64,000 bases of DNA, from positions 107,942,001-108,006,000 of the forward strand of contig OZ360229.1 in NCBI GenBank assembly GCA_977017645.1, given 5' to 3'. The DNA comes from Torpedo marmorata. Taxonomy: Eukaryota. The translations under genes were made by a program, and so were the position numbers. The notes beneath the pieces were generated by a model. The model made no database searches. It was not told the DNA's origin and was given only the letters and a program-made list of their open reading frames with translations. How positions within the stretch are numbered: position 1 is the stretch's first letter; each line of letters starts with the position of its first letter. Positions 49,577-62,649 of the stretch are shown in pieces.

Positions 49577-49792
49577 CAGTCATTCTCAATTTTCTTTCAG
49601 CTTTGGCCCCCCGAGGGCTCTGCTCAAAGTTTATGGGCCCCCTTCCCTGTGAAGCAGTCAGGTTTTGGTTTCTTCTGAAATTCTCTCCTCAAAGACATAA
49701 AAAATATTTATGTTACGTGAGGTGAAAAGAAAACAAGGCTTTTACTGTGGCCTCCATGGGGGTCTCCATAGGGCCCACGTTGAGAATGGCTG
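49577..49792. mobile_element. hAT-like MITE
   Basis: Terminal inverted repeats CAGTCATTCTCAA ... TTGAGAATGGCTG. The 8-bp flanks aaatagat/ctctagat partly match. Confidence 0.72.
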
Positions 49793-51539
49793 CTCTAGAT
49801 ATTGGGAGTCAGTTTATTAAATGCCAATACTTTACTAATTCAATATCTGAATTTTGAATTTTGAATTGTAATTATTATGTAACACATTATTTCTTTGCAT
49901 CTGCACCCAGGCACATGCTACCTATTATAATGTATATTTAAACATGCAGTTTAAGTTTAATTTATCCATTTGATAATATAAGTAGGCAGGTAGAAAAATA
50001 GTTACTGAATTTAATTTAGGAATTAAAGTTAATTTAAGGATTGCACACTGTAGGTACTTAGTTTGCAAATATTCCATAATGCACACCAATCAAATTGTGC
50101 AGATTCAAGGGGAAATTTACTTGAAGAGTACATATAAAAGCCATAAAGATATATATTAATTCTGTAAATAAGCAGCAAATTGAACAAATCATGTGGAGTT
50201 TGGCATGTTTTGATAACATCCTCAGTAATTGGGCACAGATGTCCTTGTCCCTTATTTCAGTAAAGACACAAATGGACACTAATTGTGAGCTGAATAGACA
50301 TGGAGATGAGGTAGGGACAAGAGAGGCTGCATATATTAGAATCTGAACAATAAAACTACATGCTAAATGCAGTTGATTCCTACTGAGGCTGCAGTTCCAT
50401 TGAAAGAAGCTGGTATTACTCACTAGAAAATATCAATTACTGTTACACAAAGACAAAAAGGATTTGCAAACACCATATAAAACAGAAACAGATAATCTGT
50501 GCAGCATTACATAATGCAAATAAATTTGTTTTGTGCCAGTGAATCACATACATGGAGGTAAAGGACAGGCATATTTCTTTAGTTGTGAACATCAACTTGT
50601 GATCCAGGTGCTGAGTCCAGGACAACAGTAATTCTCAGTGGAATTGCTCCCTTATGAAAAAACTGCCTAAGTCTAGAACTTACTATAACTAAGTAAGTTT
50701 TACTGTTACATTTGATTTAGGACATGCTTATGTTATCAACCTGACTTTCTTTAAAGTTCCCTTTCTCAATTAGCAAATTTAGGATTATGCAGTTATGTGA
50801 GGAATTATAAATGTTGTTCCAGGGTATCATGACATGAGTTAAAATTGAAACATGCACAATTCTTCACATAAAATGATGAATTTAGACATGTGCATATGGT
50901 ACATCCAATGGTTGTATGCTAACTTTATATATGTTGCACTGTGAGATCAAAAGGAATGTAGACATTAAATGCTGTGACCATGGTCAATAATGGAAAACTG
51001 ATTGTACCATTAATGTATTATTTTTCAATTAGGAAGGATTAATTCTTACCTTTGTGTAAACTCAGATGTAGCAATCATGCAGAGGAATGGAACAAGTATT
51101 TCCTCGATTCTGTAATCATTCTTCACAGTCCTTGAAGGCATTATCAATACTCAATCTCTCTAAACTCAACAGTTGGCAATGCTAACTAACAGAGTGAAAG
51201 GTAACACTCTAGGTGGTTTTCTGTCGTGAATTTGCAAAGCCAGAAAAACTGGAGAAATCAAGAACAATTGATTGATCAAATCAATGTAATGCTCAGTCAT
51301 CACAACAATTTCAATGAAAAAGACCATGCTGTTTTGCAATTTTCAAACTTTGACAATGTGTGAAAAGATGTAATATAGACTTTGCTGTTTTGGTGAGAAG
51401 GAAACATGAGGATGCTGTGTTGTGGATATGCTTTCAGATGTTGCAGTGAGAACACATTACTTTGAACATATCTGGTGTGGTGTAATGATTTAATCCATCA
51501 ATCTCACTATAAATTTGAAAATTTATGATTTAAAAAAAA

Positions 51540-53060
51540 AAATATTTTATTTAAATTTTTTAAATCACACAATACATAGTATAAAATGCAAAATTATCAA
51601 AATACATGTGATACATTTTCACCCCCCCTCCCTCCCTCCCCTCCCTAACCCTCCCACCCCTACTAATCTACTAAAATAGAAAAGAAAGAAGGAAAGAAAA
51701 AGATAAAGTAAGGAGAATGTCAATCTAAAAAAAGGAACAACTATAAGTTGATTTTATTGTGGAAGATAGGTTCACCAGTCAGATCTGATATCCAGAGATC
51801 TTCACATCCTTAAACCGACAGTTTTTATATATGGGCTCCATATTTTTAAAAAAAAGATATTTATTACGTAAATTATAAGTATTTTTTCAAGTGGTATAGC
51901 TGAACGAAGTTCTGCATGCCATCTTTCTAACCCTAAATCTACATCAGATTTCCATGTAATAGCAATGCATTTCTTAGAAACAGCTAAAGCAATTTGCAAA
52001 AATTCTATTTGATACATATTTAATTTCATCTTAATACTAATTCTTTTAATATCTCCAAACAAAAACATCAAAGGATCCATTGGGAGTGTAATTCTTAATA
52101 CTTTGTCCAAAAACTTTTTAACTTTCAAACAAAAATCATATATCTTTGGACAAAGCCATGTAGAATGTACAAAAGAACCTTCCTCTCTATTACATCTAAA
52201 ACATAAACCAGATAATGTCGGATTAAATTTCTTTAATTTTTTAGGTGTTAAATATAATTGATGAAAAAAATTATATTGCACTAATCTATATCTAATGTTA
52301 ATAATCTTCGTCATACATTGTTTACATAATTCTTTCCAATGTTCCTCATCTATTGTTACATTCAGATCTGATTCCCATTTTAATCGTCATTTATGAATTC
52401 CTAATTTAGGCATTTTTCTCTGTAACAATCTATACATTTGAGAAATAAATTTGTTTACACCTCCATTAGTAACTAATAATTCCAGTTCATTTTGTTTTGG
52501 TAAAGTCAAACTATAGCCCAACCTTTCAACTAAAAATGCTCTAATTTGATAATAAGCAAAAAGTGTATGGTTTAATACATTAAACTTTTCTTTCATTCTT
52601 TGAAAAGTAATAAATTTACTAGCTTCAAAACAATCATTTATTTTCTTAATTCCCTTTTGGAACCAAATTTTAAATAATTGATTATCAACAGTAAATGGAA
52701 TAAGTTTATTTTGATATAGAGGCATTTTTCGAGAAATTAACCCTTTCCCTCCTATCTCCCTATCCACTCTATTCCATATTTCTAACAAATGTTTAAAAAT
52801 AGGAGAGTTTTTCCCTCTTGTTAATAATAATTTAGAATTCCATTTATAAATAACTTCTTCTTTCAAATCTTCTCCTATATTATTTAATTCTATTCTAATC
52901 CAAGCAGAAGATTTTCCGAAATCAAACATTTCATTAATAAATTTTAACTGAGCTGCTTTATAATAATATTGAAAATTGGGAAGTTGTAAACCACCCATTT
53001 CATAATTCCAGGTTAATTTCTCCATACCTACTCTATCCAACTTTCCTTTCCACAAGATTT
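51540..53060 (-). mobile_element. L1-type LINE 3' portion (post-RT region, Zn knuckle, 3' UTR)
   Basis: GGLQLPNFQYYYKAAQL, CFRCNREEGSFVHSTWLC and LKIWSPYI. G-rich 3' UTR tract and AATAAA on the minus strand. Confidence 0.88.
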
Positions 53061-53179
53061 TTCATTTTATTTTAATGTATTCTAGAACATTTGAGCAGTT
53101 TTCTTCTGACGATGCCAAAAGAAAGATCTTGTCATTTCTGTGCATTGCCAATCACTTTATTGTATTTCCCATTCTTTAT

Positions 53180-53455
53180 TTTTTTAAATTATTAAATTAA
53201 ATTAGACATACAGCACTGTAACAGGCCAATTCGGCCCTACGAGTCCGTGCCGCCCAAATTACACCCCATTAACCTACATCCCGGTACGTTTTTGAACGGT
53301 GGGAAGAAACCGGAGCCCCCAGAGAAAACCCACGCAGACACGGGGAGAACATACAAACTCCTTACAGACAGCACGGGATTCGAACCCAGGTCCGGTCCCG
53401 ATCGCTGGCGCTGTAAAGGCGTTGCGCTAATCGCTACACCAACCGTGCCGCCCAC
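53180..53455 (-). mobile_element. V-SINE, full length
   Basis: Nearly identical to 44757-45027. Confidence 0.9.
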
Positions 53456-53807
53456 ATTCTCACATTCTTATTTATTGTATTTGAGTTTTAGCAGCATATT
53501 GAACATTTTAATAGTTTAATAATGTTAATAATAATTTTAGTAGTTTAATAATGACTGTGAAAGAACTTATTCTGCCACCTTAACCCTATTCTCTGCTTTT
53601 GCTGCAATGATTTTAGTTCAGAAAATGCTGAAAACAATGATATGTATCTGCACATTTAACCAAGTCTTGTGTTTTTTTTTGCAGAATGTTACGCCATTTA
53701 ACATTCAATGTATGAACACAAGAAACAGAAACAGCAGTAAGCCATGGGCCCATCGAGCGTGCTCCATCATTCAATAAGATCATGGCTGATATCCACTTAC
53801 CTGCTTG

Positions 53808-54230
53808 TTCACAGAACTATAGAACATTACAGCATAGAAACAGGCCCTTCGGCCTTTCTAGTCTGTGCCGAACTATTATTCTACCTAGTCCCACTGACCT
53901 CCACCCAGTCCATGTCCCTCCATACCTCTCCAATCCATGTACCTGTCCAAATTTTTCTTAAATGTTAAAATTGAGCCCGCATTCACCAATTCAGCTGGCA
54001 GCTCATTCCACACTCCCACCACTCTCTGTGTGAAGAAATTCCCCTAATGTTCCCCCTAAACTTCTCTCCTTTCACCCTTAACCCATGTTCTGTGGTTTGT
54101 ATCTCACCTAACCTCTGTGGAAAAAGCCTACTTGCATTTACTCTATATATACCGATCATAATTTTGAATACCTCTATCAAATCTCCCCTCATTCTTCTAC
54201 GCTCCAGGGGATAACAGTTAATTCCCCAAC
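53808..54230 (-). mobile_element. Second CR1-like LINE 3' end nested in the first
   Basis: LERRRMRGDLIEVFKIMIGIYRVNASRLFP with a (GTTCTA)-like tail. Confidence 0.78.
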
Positions 54231-54504
54231 TGTTCATAAATTTAATGAGGCTGTCTCTACTGCTTCATTCATGGCAGAGAATTCCATCAATTCACTATTC
54301 TCCAGAGGAAACAAACTCCCTGGTTTTATTTTTATCTATTCCTTTCATAATTTTCTATAAAATCCTACCCCCACCACCTCCCCCCCTTTCTACTAAACTC
54401 CAATGAATATAATCCCAGGCTACTCAATCTGTCATCATAAGATAATGCCCTCATTTAGGGAATCAACCTGGTGAACCTCCTCTGCCCTACCTCCAAAGCC
54501 AGTA

Positions 54505-56106
54505 CAGTAAAATCCCCAGTATCCAGCACCTATGGGGATTGGTAGATGACGGATATGCGGATTTTACGGTTACCTGAGACACGCTCTTACAATACCTAAC
54601 TAATACACCTGCATTAAGAATACACAGTTTAAAGACAGTGCAAAATTTGAAGTAATATGAAAAATAAATGAGTATTGTAGTCCTTAATTATGTAAAGTTC
54701 GCTTTAATCAGAAAATTCCCTTAACTTGCAAAATTTAAATTTATATTCAAACCCCGGTTGCTGGAGCTGTAACTGTGTTGCCGTAACCGCTACGCTAACT
54801 GTGCTGCCATCATAATTAACCCCACCTCCTCCAAGTTTACAGATAAAGCCTTACTAATATACTTAATAATATACTAATAAAGATAAAGATTCTTACTCGG
54901 CAGGGATAGGGAGACACTTCGGGAGAGTTGCCCCAGCGGCGAGCGGCATCAGGAGGCTCTTCATCCTGGGTGTCGCCATTTTATTCCAACACACTTTATT
55001 CAAACTTTATTCAAACAGCTGCTGTGGGCGGGGCACGGCTGGGGCGATCTGCTGGCTGAATGATTGCCCCCATCTTCACCAAATGGGTTGTGTGTTGCTT
55101 CGGAGAACATTTAATTCTTATTTATTTTAATTTATTTATTTACACAACACAGGCACACCTCAAGAATGCGTGCTTAGCCCACTACTCTACTCATTCAAAT
55201 GCTATCTGCAAATTTGCCGATGACACCACGGTTGTCGGCAGAATCACAGACGGCAATGAGAAAGCGTACAGGAGGGAGATAGATCAGCTAGTTGTGTGGT
55301 GTCACAATAACCTTGCACTCAATATTAGCAAAACCAAGGAGATCATTGTGGACTTCAGGAGGAAATCAGGAGAACACGAACCAGTCCTCATCGAGGGGTC
55401 AGCAGTGGAGAGGGTCAAAAACTTCAAATTCCTGGGTGTCAACATCTCTGAGGATCTGTCCTAGAGCCTCCATGTCGATGCAATCACGAAGAAGGCTCGC
55501 CAACGGCTATACTTTGTGAGGAGTTTAAGGAAATTAGGTCTGTCACCAAAGACTCTCGAAAAGTTCTACAGGTGTACCATGGAGAGCATTCTGTCTGTCT
55601 GGTATGGAGGTGCCAATGCTAAGGACAGGAAAAAACTCCAGAAGTTTGTTAACTTGGCCTGCAACATCACGGGCACCAGTCTTCTCTCATCAAGGATATT
55701 TACAAGAGGCGGTATCTTAAGAAAACAGCTTCTATCCTCAAGGAACGCCACCCACCCAGGCCATGCCCTCTTCACTCTGCTACCATCGGGAAAAAGGTAC
55801 AGGAGCCTGAAGACGAGCACTCAGAGGCACAAGGACAGCTTCTTCCCCTCTGCCATCAGATTCCTAAATGAACAATGAACCACAGACATGACCTCACTTT
55901 GTCTTTTTCTTTTTCTTGCACTATTTTATTTATTTTGAAATGTGTTTTATTGAAATGTTTGCACTGTGATGCTGCCGCAAAACAACAAATTTCGTGACAT
56001 GTTCATGACAATAAATTTTGATTCTGATTCAATTTATTTCCTTGATTTTCTTGCCTGTTGATTGGGTTGCAGATTGCTTGAATTCCAGACACCAGGGATG
56101 TTACTG
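54505..56106. mobile_element. Tigger-like non-autonomous DNA transposon, TA duplication, with nested SINE fragment and LINE
   Basis: TA|CAGTAAAATCCCC ... GGGATGTTACTG|TA. Both ends match the 114-bp MITE at 8647. Confidence 0.78.
55185..56030 (+). mobile_element. Rex1/Babar LINE 3' portion
   Basis: KFADDTTVVGRI...LNISKTKEIIVDFRRK...FKFLGVNI and HPGHALFTLLPSGKRYRS. TGATTC tail. Confidence 0.9.
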
Positions 56107-56459
56107 TATATCTTTCCTTAGGTAAGGAGACCAGAACTGCACACAATACTGCAGGTGCAGCCTCATCAATACCCTGTACACCGGCAGCAGAACCTCCCTG
56201 TTCTTTAATTCAATCCCTCCAGCAATGAAGGAAAAAAATCCCATTTGCCTTCTTGTTTGCCTGCTGCATTTGCAAACTAGACTTTTGCGATTCATGAACA
56301 AGCACTCCCAGGTCTCTCTGCGCAACAGCATGCTGCAATTTTTCACTATTTAAATAATTGTCCAATTTACATTTTTCCTTCCAAAGTGCAATGACCTCAC
56401 ATTTATCAACACTGTATTCTGACTGCCAGACCCTTGCCCATTCACATGACCTATTTACA

Positions 56460-56740
56460 TTTTAAATTTAAAAATTAAAAATTTTAATTTTAATTAAAAA
56501 AAATTTAGACCTACAGCACGGTAACAGGCCATTTCGGCCCACGAGTCCGTGCCGCCCAATTTACACCTAATTAACCTACACCCCCGGTACGTTTCGAACG
56601 ATGGGAGGAAACCAGAGCCCCCGGGGAAAGCCCACGCAGACACGGGGAGAATGTACAAACTCCTTACAGACAGTGTGGGATTCGAACCCCGGTCCCGATC
56701 GCTGCCGTTGTGCTAACCACTACGCCAACCGTGCCGCCCT
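56460..56740 (-). mobile_element. V-SINE
   Basis: Family match. Confidence 0.88.
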
Positions 56741-58225
56741 ATCTATTATGTATTATTATAATACATCTATTATGTATTATTCTATTCTTGTACAAATTAG
56801 ATTGTATCACCTGATTGACTCCTTCTGAAACTGACTATCTGTGGGTTCAGATGAAAACAGGATGGAATTGTGATACAGTATTCCGTACAGAGAGGTAAAC
56901 AGTGGACTTTAAGATTTAGAAATTGGATTACAGAGCACCCATTTTTCAAAGGTGAAACATCTAGCTGAACATAACTGTTCAAAAGTAAGTCTTTCAGGCT
57001 CCCTCCCTCCACAGGGTACCCTGTGTCAGAAGAAAGGTATTGATGGTATATTTTATCCCTTTTCTTGCACCTACAACAAATGGTACATCTTGAATATGTT
57101 AGCGAGCAATCTACTTGGTCTTTCATGGCACAAACAGGCTGGAGGAACTCAGCAGGTCACGCAGCAGGGAAAGAGATAGGCAGTTGATATTTCGGGCAAG
57201 ACCTGTTCATCAGGAATGCCAAGTTCAGGCAACCACTCGAATATGGATGCAAACATCAAATATCCCACTGTCAGTTGTGCTTTTACACTGTATGTGACAT
57301 CCACCTCAAATCCTTATTCAAGGCTATGTATTATCAGTAAATGATAAATTTAATCCAGAATTTAAATACTGTGGCAAAAATATAAAAACTGCATGAAAAT
57401 AGGGTCTCAGTAATAAGCCATTTAATATTCCTTTTACTTCATAACATGTTTCCTTTTCGCTCCAGAACTACAATAAAATTTAGCATCTTTTCAAAATGAT
57501 GAGCACGGCTTTGTGCAGGAAATCTATCTTCTCTTTACATCAAAGGCTGACAAGAGCCCTTGTGGTCTTCCTCTGCTGTATCTTCAGCTCTAGAAGAATA
57601 CAATGAACTACATCACTTATTAACCTTCACATGCTGCATTATTTTATTAAACTAATTAGTGGCAACTTTTTCAGCCTTCAAAGGTGTGCTGACAGGAGAT
57701 GATTGAATATAAAAGTAAATATAAACCCTCTAATGCCACTAATTGCATTTGTAAATTGAATTCTATAAAATAACATGCTTTTCAGATGGAGCATAAAATG
57801 CAACTTAAGTGACAAATTATTGCAAAATGTTATATATTTTATTCATGCTGCCAAAATATTAAAAGTAATTATTCAATATTCCTTTTTATTTGCTTTTATC
57901 AACCAATTAAAATGGTGCATTCAACTAAATAGGAAGTACGATCATCGTACAGTGTAAGATCATTAAAACCTCTCATGCTAGATAAAACACAAAAAAACAA
58001 GCACAGAGCTAAATGAAACAGTTATTGATTAAACAGATGATAATGAACACCTGCACAAGGATTACACAATGGTAAACCCATTAAAGACGAGGGTGGGATC
58101 ATTGCAAGCTACTGGAAATTTGCATGGTCAACCTGATTGAGGGGACACGTATGAGGAAGAAGCCGCATTTCCTGCTGACCTGGAATTAAAATAATACTGG
58201 TTTTGACATCAAGTGGGATAGTGGT

Positions 58226-59225
58226 TGTAGTGTATTCTAGGCTTAGATATACACAAGCACACGGAGACGTGGTGCTTCATTCATTCTTTATTACTAAACT
58301 AAAGATGGTTTCCCGCGCCACACTATATATGTGCGTCATGACGTCATACGCGGCGTACCAAGCCTGCGTGTATCCACAACACTCTTCCCCCCACAGAATA
58401 TATGCGATTAAACATGCCCAGGTAACAAGTATGTAAAACTACAGTGACTAAAGAGTATTATGATCGAACTACAACTACAGAGTATATATATATTTCGTAA
58501 TGTGAATAACATGTCAAGTGGCCCAGTCATGATACATAGTCCCTCAGACGTTCCGGAGGGCGTCGTTGCCTTTGTGATCTTCTTGGTGGGGCTCCCGAGT
58601 CTGTCAGGACCCCTGGACTCTTTGCCTTCTCGGGACTCTTTGCTTTTTCTGGACTCTTTGCCTTCTCGGGACTCTTTGCTTTTTCTGGACTCTTTTGATT
58701 TTCCCCAGGCCTTTTCCGAATAAGGTTTGATGCTTTTTAAGTACTTGTGTCAGTTTTGGTTCATTTTCAGTATGAATCTTCAGTACTGAACCGATATCCA
58801 TCCAATCCAATTGGATGTGTGATAACCAGTTTCTTCCGAACAATGCATGTCCCTTTGTGTCAATGATGATGAGGGGTAAGTCTTTCGAGATCTTACCCTT
58901 ATATTTGACTTTTACTTTGCATTTACCAATCACTTTGACTTTTTCCCCTGTTACCGTTTTCAATACCATGTCGGACTGTTTTATGGTAAGGTTGGGCAAT
59001 AATTGTACTTTTATGTATTTTGGCATTAGAGTCACCGCTGCTCCAGTGTCCAACTCCATCTGAAGAGGTTTGTCGTTGATTTTAACCTCTACATAAATTT
59101 CAGATTTCTTGTCCCCCACACTGCGGACATGCATTACATTCACTGCCTGCCTTACATCCACTGCCTTTTCCCCCTCCGAGTCATTATTAGAAACACCGCT
59201 AGGGGTTTCGTCCTTCTCTTCTATA
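58226..59225 (-). mobile_element. Internally deleted Gypsy relative: protease, pol tail, polypurine tract and 3' LTR
   Basis: The protease MELDTGAAVT...LFGRNWLSHIQLDW is homologous to 20700-21130. Polypurine tract GGGGGGAAGAG at 58382-58392. The LTR at 58226-58381 is homologous to 19589-19758. Confidence 0.88.
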
Positions 59226-60568
59226 TTACAACAGTATTTTTTTTAGGATGTACATACATCCGTGAAATTGTACCTGATTCGGGTAAACATATCAGGAGGA
59301 TATAGCTAGGCTCTGTGGCATAAATCACATGCTGGGAAATGTGCCCTTGATTAGTTGTGCTAAACTTGCAATATATGAGCATAAAGACACTATGATTTAT
59401 CTGTCATGTTCATTTCATTGATTTCAATAGAATTAATTTCAAAATCGGAGTAGAGTACGCTTATGTCACACATTTAGCATGACTGATCGCGGATGAACTA
59501 TTAAACAATGTTTTTTTAAAAGGAAAACATTCAACGTGCAGTTCAAAGAGTTGAAGTACTTCTCAGGCCCCACAAGAGAAATCTACGTGTCTTGGCCTCA
59601 ACTCTTGCAATAGTTCTACAGATACAGACCACAGCTATGCACCTCAGACATTCCTTGCTGTTGGCACATTTCTTTTTGCACCAGGACTCTCGTTGTCTTT
59701 GATCATCTCTGCCAGTCAACCTGCATCTTTTAATTGGAAATGCATTGCAATTGATCTAAATTGATTCATTGACAATATGGTATTCAGGCTTTGGATTCCC
59801 ATTCATAGAAGAATTCAGAATACTAACAGCATTAGCTAAAACCATTGGTGAAGCATGGTATTGTTACAGTAATGACATTCAAGACTTGCCCAATAACATT
59901 AACCTTGAAAACAAATAAAATGACAAATGTTGGAATCTGAAGCAAAAACAGAAATGCTGGAAGAACTCAGCCAGTTAAGCAGCATCTGTGGAAAAGAAGT
60001 GGATTACAATTTGGACCACCCCAAACTTTTGTTCTCAAGGCAAGGTTCCTGCCATATCCTGAGATTCATGCTCAATGTCATGCATGCTCTTAACTTTTCC
60101 TCATCACATCACTGATGTTTCCTCTCATTAAGCTGTTGTGGTCCACAACACCACTTTATTCTTTGCTGCATTTGTTGCTGTATTGTGTTTTTATTTCTCA
60201 TTGTTCCTCAGGGCCCTGCATTTTACCATATACTTTCCACTTAAATTCCTCCTAAATTTCAAGACATTTTCCATTAGATCTCTCATTTCAGAGTGCCTTT
60301 GAGAAGTTTATATTGCCTCTCCACATTCCTCTGAACTAAATATAATGCTTTGCCTTTTTCTGCATTTAATTTAATTTGTCACTTGCCCTTCCATTCCATA
60401 TCAATTCTCAAGCTCATTCCTGTCTTCCTCCAGAGCACAATATGCTTCCAATTTTTGAGCAATATTTTATCCCCTGTCCTTGCATTAATTTGTCTGTAAA
60501 TTGCTTATTTGTTTTGGCTACGGTAAGGAGGGTACATGAGTCCTACTGTTAGGTTTCACAGAGATACC

Positions 60569-62500
60569 TGTTATGGACCATGACTGACCATTTGGACTGT
60601 GGACGGTCAGCAGGAAGGATGAAGTCTTTTGAGTACACACTGGGACCAGGTACTGAAAGAGTTAACTTGTCCAGGACTGGCTGTGCTCAGAGAGAGAGAG
60701 AGACATAGAGAGAGACAGGCTGTGGAAAGATACTTTGTTGCACGTTTGCAAAAGCAGGTGCAAAACTCTGCAAAAAGCATTCAGTTTGGAGTTGCAAAGG
60801 CTGGAGAGAACAGCAAACACAGATGCTTGTGCATTCCAGCTGGAAAGGCTTGGAGAATAGCACATGGCCTCCTGTATCAGCAAAATCCTGAGATAAAGCA
60901 ACTTTCGTGGAGAACAGGCGTGAGATCAGCGAAACAGGCTGTGAGATTTAACGACATGCCTTCATCAGTGGTATACTGATTTGGAATCGCAAACCTCGTG
61001 CACCTGCCAAAAGGGAAAGTCATCAGGGAAGAAAAGCAGGCCAAGCATTCATAAGCTTAAACAGTAATTGTCTCCCTCTCCAACGTTCATTAAGTAGTCC
61101 TTTGTGCCATTTTCTTTAGCCATGGATGCCAGTGATGAAGCTGTGGGTGCGGTGTTGTTACAGAGGAAGAACGAAGTGGACATTGGCCATCCGGTATCCT
61201 ACTTCTCGAAGAAGTTCAATGATCATCAAAGGAATTATTCAACCATAGAAAAAGAGTTGTTAGCTCTTGTGTTGGCTCTACAACACTTTGATGTGTATAT
61301 CTGTACAGCTCAAAAACCACTCATAGTGTATACTGACTATAATCCATTGGTTTTTCTTTGTAAAATGAAAAATAAGAATTGACGGTTATTGAATTGGAGT
61401 CTAATTTTGCAAGAATATGATTTAATAATAACACATATCAAAGGGAAAGATAATGTAATCGCTGATTGTCTTTCTAGATGCTAAACTTTCTAAATGAAAA
61501 TCGTTCATATTTTTGTCTTTGTGGATGAACATTGTGGGTTTTGTTTATATTGTGACACCTCAATTAATTTCTAAAATTTTGTTCTTGCAGACCAAAATTT
61601 TCTTTGTGGGTTTGAGGTATTATGGATCATGACTGACCATTTGGACTGCAGTGGTCAGCAAAATGGATGAAGTCTTTTGGAGTACACACTGGGACCAGGT
61701 ACTGAAAGAGTTACCTTGCCCAGGACTGGCTGTGCTCAGAGTGAGAGACACATAGAGAGAGAGACAGGCTGTGGAAAGATACTTTGTTGCACTTTTTCAA
61801 AAGCAGGAGCAAACCTCTGCAAAAAGCATTCAGTTTGCAGTTGCAAAGGCTGGAGATAACAGCAAACACAGAGGCTTGTTGCATTCCAGCTAGAAAGGCT
61901 TGGGGAATAGCCTCCTGTATCAGCAAAATCCTGAGATAAAGCAACTTTCGTGGAGAACAGGCGTGAGATCAGCGAGCCATGCTGTGAGATTCAAGTACAC
62001 GCCTTCATAAGTTGTATACTGATTTGGAATCGCAATCCTCGTGCACCTACCAAAAGAGAAAGTCATCAGGGAAGAAAAGCAGGCCAAGCATTCGTAAGCT
62101 TAAACAGTCATTGTCTCTCTCTCCAACGTTCATTAAGAAGTCCTTCGTGCCAGCGCACAGAACTGAATTTGGACCCTGAACATAGAGAGTGATTTTGTGG
62201 ACTGTATTTTTGGGACTGACTTATTTTTATGACTGAGCTGGGGGTTTTTGGGAAAGATTTTCCATTTTTACATGAGGGTTGGGCACAGACTGTAATGGTC
62301 CGGGTTTTACACACACACACACGCACACACACACACGCACACACACACACACACACTTTAGATAAGAATAATGTTAATAGACATTTGTAGTGGGGTTAAT
62401 TGTTAAAACTTATATGTTTAATTTTCTTTAATAAATATAAATTTCAATTTTATCCCTTTTTCATTGCGTCTTCTGTCGTTGCTGGTTTGAATTTGTCACA
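60569..62500 (+). mobile_element. LTR retrotransposon remnant (probably Gmr1-like): partial 5' LTR, RNase H, 3' LTR
   Basis: Direct repeats of about 530 bp start at 60569 and 61618. Between them is DASDEAVGAVLLQ...YSTIEKELLA...HIKGKDNVIADCLSRC*. A (CA)n tract lies at 62308-62356. Confidence 0.85.
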
Positions 62501-62649
62501 CAGCATTCTGCTTAACGGATTCAGTTAAATTCAATATCATACTAAACAGATTTTGACATGACTGGTTATTAAATAACACACTGAATATATGTTAATCAAA
62601 TTATTTTTTTCATCTACCCATAATCACTGCCAAACATACAGAGAAATGA

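Larger units (their letters stand above)
53715..56455 (-). mobile_element. CR1 LINE 3' region split by nested insertions
   Basis: FIAGGIELKNREVLLPVYRVLMRLHLQYCVQFWSPYLRKDI (56107-56346) resumes at 54503. The 3' end is at about 53715-53800. Confidence 0.75.

Noticed and set aside
57480-57700. Possible lens enhancer (ACATCAAAG TCF site, ACAATG SOX site, TGCTGAC Maf half-site)
   Set aside because: These are short motifs expected by chance in 64 kb, and there is no independent support without conservation data.
58610-58695. Neurofilament gene fragment
   Set aside because: Only about 4-5 KSP units, embedded between a Gypsy protease and the polypurine tract/LTR, with no rod domain or exon structure.
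19589-59225. The two Gypsy pieces (5' LTR at 19.6 kb, inverted 3' LTR at 58.3 kb) as one element split by a 35-kb inversion
   Set aside because: Both contain the protease region, and their LTRs and proteins are clearly diverged. They are better explained as separate insertions of related subfamilies.
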